Below, one piece after another: positions 58,341-64,000 of a DNA stretch of 64,000 nt. The translations under genes and the position numbers were made by a program. The DNA is from an uncultured Chitinophaga sp. (GTDB lineage: Bacteria; Bacteroidota; Bacteroidia; Chitinophagales; LD1). The notes under the pieces are model-generated. The model ran no database searches, had not been told where the DNA came from, and saw nothing but the letters and a program-made list of their open reading frames with translations. Where the stretch lies: positions 400 through 64,399 of the forward strand of contig CAZTNA010000017.1 of the NCBI GenBank assembly GCA_964615305.1. The letters run 5' to 3'. Position 1 is the stretch's first letter. Each line of letters begins with the position of its first letter.

Positions 58341-60191
58341 TCAACCCACAAAATACATATCCATATCGCCTTTATTTTTTGCAGCGAGTTTTCCCCTGTA
58401 ACTACAAGTAAAGTTTTGCTTTATCAAATCAAATGTATCTCCGGACACATTTATCTTTCCCGGCTCGCCATTTTGTTCCATTCGCGCGGCAGTATTTACC
58501 GCATCACCCCATATATCGTATTCAAATTTTGTTTTGCCAACAATGCCCGCAATAACAGGCCCTGAATGTATGCCCCATCTAAATTCAAAAAATGGTAAAC
58601 CTGCGTTTGTTCGTTTTGTATTTTCAACTTGAACTGTGTTACGCATTTCTATGGCAGCTTCAACCATCAGTGTAGCATGTTGCGCGATAGTATTGGGCAA
58701 TCCGCTTACGCATAAGTAAGCATCTCCTATAGTTTTTATTTTCTCAATGTTGTGTCGTTGGGCAATGTCATCAAAAATTACAAAATAAGTGTCAAGCAGT
58801 TCAACAACTTCATCCGGAGATAGACGTTCGCTGTGTTTTGTAAAACTTTTAATGTCGGCAAACATAACCGATACAGAACTAAAGTGCTGTGCTTTAACCT
58901 TGCCGTTATGTTTCAATTCAAAGGCTATTTCCTCGGGTAAGATGTTTAAAAGAAGTTTTTCGGATTTTCGTTTTTCTATAGTTAAATCTTCCAGCACATC
59001 TTTAAGTTCAATATTCTTCAGTTTGTGAATTTCTGCCTCTTTTTCTTTCTTCTCAACTTCGTACTTGGTTTTTAATTTGTTGATAATAACTGTATTTTCT
59101 GTGTTGCGTTGTTGGGTTTTTAGTTTTTCATATTGTTTAAAGTAGTTGAAAGCTGCACCTATACAGTTCTTCTTTTCGTATAACTCAGATAAGTAGAGGT
59201 AAAGTTTGTAAACACCCTGCTTATGATCGGTTGCTTCAAAACCTTGTAATGAAGCTAATAAATGCTCTTCTGCAAGAGAAAGGTTTCCTAACAGTAGTTC
59301 GGTTCTGCCTAAATTCATTCTTATTGTTTGTAAATCTACTTGATGATTCGATTCAATAGAAAGGCGAAGGCATTCAGTAAAGTTATCTCTTGCCTTTTCA
59401 TAGTCGTGCAATTCTAGATAGGCTTCGCCCAAATTATTTCTTGCTACCCTTTTTCCGGCTATGTAACTATGCTCTTCGCTAAGCTGTAAACACTCTTCAA
59501 AGTAGGATATTGCTTTATTGAAATTTTCTATTTTGAGTAAAGCAGTAGCAATATTGTTGAGCGATTGTATTCTTTGCTGGTAGTTACAAGTGTTATCTAA
59601 CAGCATTAATGCAATTTCGAAACTTTTTAGGGCTGTTTGGTATTCCCCTTGAGCATAATGTAAACTTCCAATGTTTTGATGCGTTAGAGACATTCTATTT
59701 TTGTCATTCAACTTTTCTGATAATTCTAGGGACCGATAGTACGACTCAATGGCCTTTGAATAATTAAGCTGACGTTGATACACTATTCCCATGTTTTCGA
59801 AAGTTGCTGATAAACTTCGTTCATCATTCAGCTCCTTTTTGATTTCTGCTGCCGCTTCAAAGTGTTTCAGTGCTTCTGCGTATTGCGAAAGTTCAACATA
59901 AATTATTCCAATATTGTTTAACTCTACAGACTCTCCTTTTTTATCTGGCAGTAATCTTTTTGCCGCTAGCGACATAGAATACCACTGCAGAGCATCGGTA
60001 AAATTTTCCGACTCATACAATAAACCTGCTGTTAAATGGTACATGTCACTTTGTTCGGCTGAAGTGGCTATAGAAGTAGCCGTCTTGCAAGTCTCTATTG
60101 CCAACAAACAGGCGCTTTTTTTGTCGGAAACAGCCAGTTTTTTTATAGCTGATAGTCTTTCTGGTATAGACATGGGCACAAAATTTTCCAT
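58341..60191 (-). CDS. class III adenylate/guanylate cyclase with N-terminal TPR repeats
   Basis: The C-terminal CHD (VSVMFADIKSFT, KTIGDAYLCVSGLP, YDIWGDAVNTAARME) is paralogous to 37925..39442. The N-terminus has about 9 TPR-like units (..A...YE.AL...). Confidence 0.88.
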   Translation of the reverse strand: MENFVPMSIPERLSAIKKLAVSDKKSACLLAIETCKTATSIATSAEQSDMYHLTAGLLYESENFTDALQWYSMSLAAKRLLPDKKGESVELNNIGIIYVELSQYAEALKHFEAAAEIKKELNDERSLSATFENMGIVYQRQLNYSKAIESYYRSLELSEKLNDKNRMSLTHQNIGSLHYAQGEYQTALKSFEIALMLLDNTCNYQQRIQSLNNIATALLKIENFNKAISYFEECLQLSEEHSYIAGKRVARNNLGEAYLELHDYEKARDNFTECLRLSIESNHQVDLQTIRMNLGRTELLLGNLSLAEEHLLASLQGFEATDHKQGVYKLYLYLSELYEKKNCIGAAFNYFKQYEKLKTQQRNTENTVIINKLKTKYEVEKKEKEAEIHKLKNIELKDVLEDLTIEKRKSEKLLLNILPEEIAFELKHNGKVKAQHFSSVSVMFADIKSFTKHSERLSPDEVVELLDTYFVIFDDIAQRHNIEKIKTIGDAYLCVSGLPNTIAQHATLMVEAAIEMRNTVQVENTKRTNAGLPFFEFRWGIHSGPVIAGIVGKTKFEYDIWGDAVNTAARMEQNGEPGKINVSGDTFDLIKQNFTCSYRGKLAAKNKGDMDMYFVG

Positions 60192-60243
60192 AAATTATTT
60201 CGTAATTAGAATTTTATACCTACATTGTAACAAAACAATTGAT

Positions 60244-61011
60244 ATGAAAAAACATTCCCAAAACTTACAACACCGCGTAGCTTTTTACATGCTGGCAATC
60301 TTTACTTCAGTAGCTTTTGTTTCTTGCGAAAAAAACAAAACTAATAATTCTGACACTACTGCTTTGAGCGTAGATGTATTAAAAAATGACGAGCAAATTG
60401 AAGAGGAATTCTTCACTAATCGAGATACAATTCGCCTGCCGCTGCCAGAAATTAAAGAAGCCATTGTTTTCAATGGGTTTGTAGTCGAGGACTCCAAACC
60501 GCCAGCTCTGCCATATACAGTTAAAGCCTATGATAGTAGGAATGATTCTGTTACAGCAACTATTACGGCAGATTTAGGGAAATACGCTTTTAAGGCTACT
60601 TCAAATTTCTTGTATCCTATTAAAGTAGTTGTTGACAAACCAGGTAAAGTACTTGAAGTTGCAGTGCTTGATAAAGCACCCGGTGCTGGAGCTCAAGGGC
60701 CCGATTTTAACCTTGTAACAACAGGAGCTTCGAGTGCGCCATCGTCAACTAAACATTACTTAAAAGTTAAGGTGGCAAACAGTTTAGGAACAGCTATAAG
60801 TAGTTATAAGGTGGGGTATCAAACCGATATTTACGGTGATAGGGCTACCGAATTCACATCAAGCACAGGAGAGAAGCAATTTAGGTTTCTTGAGGCTACT
60901 GCCAATACGTTTAATGTTTACCTTGGTGGTTCTTCAATTCCATCACTTACTTTTAACAAGGTGGGTATATCACGTTCCGCCAGAATACACACACAGTTTA
61001 TTGTGCCATAG
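60244..61011 (+). CDS. lipoprotein (255 aa), unknown function
   Basis: MKKHSQNLQHRVAFYMLAIFTSVAFVSC has a lipobox. The longer tracked ORF (from 59914) overlaps the cyclase gene and is rejected. Confidence 0.65.
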   Translation: MKKHSQNLQHRVAFYMLAIFTSVAFVSCEKNKTNNSDTTALSVDVLKNDEQIEEEFFTNRDTIRLPLPEIKEAIVFNGFVVEDSKPPALPYTVKAYDSRNDSVTATITADLGKYAFKATSNFLYPIKVVVDKPGKVLEVAVLDKAPGAGAQGPDFNLVTTGASSAPSSTKHYLKVKVANSLGTAISSYKVGYQTDIYGDRATEFTSSTGEKQFRFLEATANTFNVYLGGSSIPSLTFNKVGISRSARIHTQFIVP

Positions 61012-61059
61012 CGTTCTATAGGATATATAGTTTTACCTGCAAAATTTTAATCTCGCAGG

Positions 61060-61686
61060 GTGCTTTACAATTTTATTACCATTGAAGGGTGTATTGGTGC
61101 AGGTAAAACAACGCTGAGCAAAAAAATTGCTGCTGACCATAACGGCAAACTGATATTAGAAGCATTTGAAAACAATCCGTTTCTGCCAAAGTTTTATGAA
61201 GATCCGCAACGCCATGCTTTTTCAGTGGAGTTGTTTTTTATGGCTGAGCGATTTCAGCATTTAAAGAAACTGCTCAGCGAAGCCGACATGTTTACTTCAT
61301 TTACTGTCAGTGATTTTATTTTTCAAAAGAGTTTGATTTTTGCCAACAACAACTTAAGTGACGATGAGCAAAAACTCTACCGCACTCTGTTTGACATTAT
61401 TAACCCTTCTTTGCCCAAACCTGACATTACTCTTTACCTGTACGCATCTGTTGAGAAACTATTACATAACATTAAGCAGCGAGGTAGAGAGTATGAGCAA
61501 AGTATTTCAGCTGAGTATCTAGAGAAAATTCAAAACTCGTACCTCGAGTATTTTAAACTGCAAACTCAACAACGTATTGTTATTGTTAATACTACACACC
61601 TTAATTACGTTGATTTAAAAAAAGATTATGAACTTGTGGTTGACATATTAAACACCAAGTTTGATATAGGCCTGCATTACGTTTAA
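61060..61686 (+). CDS. deoxynucleoside kinase
   Basis: N-terminal P-loop IEGCIGAGKTTL, about 205 aa, with a dNK-like ..ERF.. / RGREYE lid region. GTG start. Confidence 0.75.
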   Translation: MLYNFITIEGCIGAGKTTLSKKIAADHNGKLILEAFENNPFLPKFYEDPQRHAFSVELFFMAERFQHLKKLLSEADMFTSFTVSDFIFQKSLIFANNNLSDDEQKLYRTLFDIINPSLPKPDITLYLYASVEKLLHNIKQRGREYEQSISAEYLEKIQNSYLEYFKLQTQQRIVIVNTTHLNYVDLKKDYELVVDILNTKFDIGLHYV

Positions 61687-61689
61687 CTT

Positions 61690-63789
61690 CTACTCTCCGG
61701 GGCGGTATATACGTTCAGCATGTTGGTAAGCCCATTCTTTCTTTAAACTTTCTTCCTTGGTTTGATGGTTTACATACATCTGCATTTGGTCAGTATAATG
61801 TTTGCTGCCAGGTGTGTTGCTGCTGCCGTAAGGCGATACAGTGCGAAACTGAGGACCATCTTTCGTAAACCGCGTAAGCATAATAAATGTCTCACCCACA
61901 AACACCCGTATTTTACCATTGCCGTATGGGGTGCCGTATTTTGCATTCCACATATCCGGCCCTCCATCCGTGGGCAAGTCAACGGTATCGCGTAGGTGAC
62001 GCTGGTATTCGCCTAGAGGGATGTTTAGTTTTCCAAAGTTTTTCATCATGTCATCCTGCATATTTTTTATTGATGATACGAAGTATTCAAATTTTGCCTT
62101 TTTGTCAGTGATAAGTTGCTTTTCAACTTCGCCACCTGTACGATTGTATAAATCATACATTACCTTGTACACAAATGCTGCATTAGTATCGGCTAGTGCG
62201 CCTGTTTTATTCCACTGCTTAATAATCTGAATGCCATTTGCTATTTCGGGGTGATCTTTTTCGTTCAACTCGTACAAATCGTAGATGTCCCATTTGCGCA
62301 TAAACACTAATTTTTGGGGATACTTACTGTCGTATTTAATTTTTAGAAAATCGCCCCACGATACTTTTTCATAGTCTTTAATATTTTCTTCAAAACGCAA
62401 CCCTCGGTTTGTCATAGCTGTGTCATGACACATGGTGGCTATTTTTTTTGTGCATATCGGGTTTTCATCAGGAGCAGTGCATCTAAAGCAGCTGTTGTTT
62501 GCATTAAATACATAACCGCATTTCGGATTTAATACCTGTGGAATGTCATCTTCAGAAAAGAACTCGGTCCATAAAGTTTTAGATGTGTTGCCGGGTACTG
62601 TGGTTGACCAGTCATAGTTTTCATTTCGTTTCGGAAAAGCTCCGTTACTGATATAGAAAATTGTATCGTATCTGTCTGCATAAGTTATATTCTGGTTTAC
62701 AATGCCTTGCATGTTTAGTACATTTCTAAACTCAGTATAGTTGCGGGCTTTGTTCATCCGGTACCATTGTTCAGCGGCTTTAATAGTCATGTTAGAAGCT
62801 AAACGAATAGCAAACATCCCTTTCTTATTAACCACCGTGGCTCCGTACTTGCTCCACCAAATTTTTTTACCAATCGAAAGCATAAACTTGCGTTTCTGAG
62901 GTTGCTTCGCCAGGTTTACAGTAAGTTTTGCTCTGCCAATTTCGAGAGGTAACGATTGACCATCGAATAAGTAATGGTTTTTGTTTTTAGGGTCAGGTTC
63001 TAGTTGGAAAATGTCAATAGCATCAAAGCTATTTGTGGTATGAGCCCATCCTAAGTATTCGTTTACGCCATGAAATATACTTACTCCACCATGAAATGTT
63101 GACCCATGGATATTCCATCCTTCTTCACTGTGCAAGTGCGCTTCGTACCAGCTTAGAGGGCCTTCAAGCGGTTGGTGTGAATTTATGTCGAGGTACACAT
63201 CTCCATCAGTAGTTTTTCTCGAATTCATGGCCATTGCGTTAGAGCCACGTCCGGTTTCTTCGAAAGGAACTTGTTGTGCTGTGCCATTTACTGCCGCATT
63301 CAATGCTCCATCCACACCGGTCATTAATGCCATTCCTAGCATATAGCCACAAATGAAATCTTCAGGCTTTATAGGAAATGCTTTTTTTACCAACACCTTG
63401 TCCGGATGCAGTTCAGCATACCGGTTACCGGCAGCAGCGCCAGCTTCCAATACTTTTTTAAACTCAGGAGAAACATCTTTTTCATATCGCTCTTTTACAA
63501 TTTGTGGTACGCGCATCAATTGAACTGCATAATCTATTTTTGCTCCGTCTATCCCCAAGTGCCGGCCTATCATAGCCTTTGAAGCCAATAGCAGCCATTG
63601 AGTAGTTTGAAAATCGTCTTCACATTCAGCCCACACAAGCCCGTAAGCACAGTCAGCATCGGTTTTGCCAAATATATGAGGTACACCGAAGCTATCGCGC
63701 ACAATTTCTACGTTGTAACCAGATTTGTATTGCGAAAACAGCAGGAGAGAAGCGATGGCGAAAATTGATGAGAGGAGTAATTTCTTCAT
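61690..63789 (-). CDS. penicillin/AHL-acylase family (Ntn hydrolase, S45) protein
   Basis: 699 aa with a signal peptide, VPHI.G....D..YG N-terminal region and the GSNAMA autoprocessing/nucleophile motif. Confidence 0.8.
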   Translation of the reverse strand: MKKLLLSSIFAIASLLLFSQYKSGYNVEIVRDSFGVPHIFGKTDADCAYGLVWAECEDDFQTTQWLLLASKAMIGRHLGIDGAKIDYAVQLMRVPQIVKERYEKDVSPEFKKVLEAGAAAGNRYAELHPDKVLVKKAFPIKPEDFICGYMLGMALMTGVDGALNAAVNGTAQQVPFEETGRGSNAMAMNSRKTTDGDVYLDINSHQPLEGPLSWYEAHLHSEEGWNIHGSTFHGGVSIFHGVNEYLGWAHTTNSFDAIDIFQLEPDPKNKNHYLFDGQSLPLEIGRAKLTVNLAKQPQKRKFMLSIGKKIWWSKYGATVVNKKGMFAIRLASNMTIKAAEQWYRMNKARNYTEFRNVLNMQGIVNQNITYADRYDTIFYISNGAFPKRNENYDWSTTVPGNTSKTLWTEFFSEDDIPQVLNPKCGYVFNANNSCFRCTAPDENPICTKKIATMCHDTAMTNRGLRFEENIKDYEKVSWGDFLKIKYDSKYPQKLVFMRKWDIYDLYELNEKDHPEIANGIQIIKQWNKTGALADTNAAFVYKVMYDLYNRTGGEVEKQLITDKKAKFEYFVSSIKNMQDDMMKNFGKLNIPLGEYQRHLRDTVDLPTDGGPDMWNAKYGTPYGNGKIRVFVGETFIMLTRFTKDGPQFRTVSPYGSSNTPGSKHYTDQMQMYVNHQTKEESLKKEWAYQHAERIYRPGE

Positions 63790-64000
63790 GTGGGGCAGTT
63801 GTTTTAATGAACTACATTATTTGTAAAGTAATGAAAGAAATGACGTGTAGTAGCAGTGAATATTTTTGGTAACAACAATAATATTTTGATGTTTATCATT
63901 TTGCTTGTTGAAGGTGAATTCTTGAGGCAACTCAATTAAAAATGTGAGGATTACGTCAACCAGCAAAAAAAAAGGCTGCCTATTAAGCAACCTTTCTTTA

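Noticed and set aside
59914-60243. N-terminal 110 codons of the tracked 365-aa ORF
   Set aside because: This part overlaps the 5' end of the TPR-cyclase gene on the opposite strand. A canonical lipoprotein start (MKKHSQ...VSC) occurs at 60244.

Overview
This window looks like a chromosomal segment of a Bacteroidota genome. GC is about 40% by eye. TAnnTTTG-type -7 boxes precede several genes, and many proteins carry type IX secretion (T9SS) C-terminal sorting domains.

Recognisable housekeeping genes are tRNA-Asp(GTC), accA, dapA, gyrB, coaE, clpB, a mitochondrial-type aconitase, ahcY, argS, a deoxynucleoside kinase and an Ntn-type penicillin/AHL-acylase homologue.

Interleaved with them are:
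- five or six T9SS cargo genes: three clear type-A CTDs, two giant type-B CTD adhesin-like proteins, and one degenerate case;
- T9SS outer-membrane partners: PorP/SprF, an OmpA-family protein and a PorQ-like protein;
- two paralogous class III nucleotidyl cyclases;
- a GT2/DUF2304/GMC-oxidoreductase operon and a GT39-like membrane glycosyltransferase;
- a Pif1-like helicase, plus a relic of a second copy;
- many small lipoproteins of unknown function.

I saw no CRISPR array, rRNA, transposase, integrase or recognisable defence system.

The two least ordinary loci are:
1. The left end (1-4324), which abuts the 3' end of tRNA-Asp. It holds two unknown proteins, an SNase-type nuclease and a dense GTTTAC hexamer array. 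It also holds a 1.5-kb ORF-free gap (1197-2721) with nested long-range inverted repeats, a rod-like 163-nt hairpin, a strongly pyrimidine-skewed stretch and a polypyrimidine tract.
2. A run of ten 21-bp tandem repeats upstream of clpB (17069-17278). The run also reads as a 75-codon perfect heptad-repeat ORF.

I cannot assign either locus to a known family from sequence alone. They are candidates, not a demonstrated new system.
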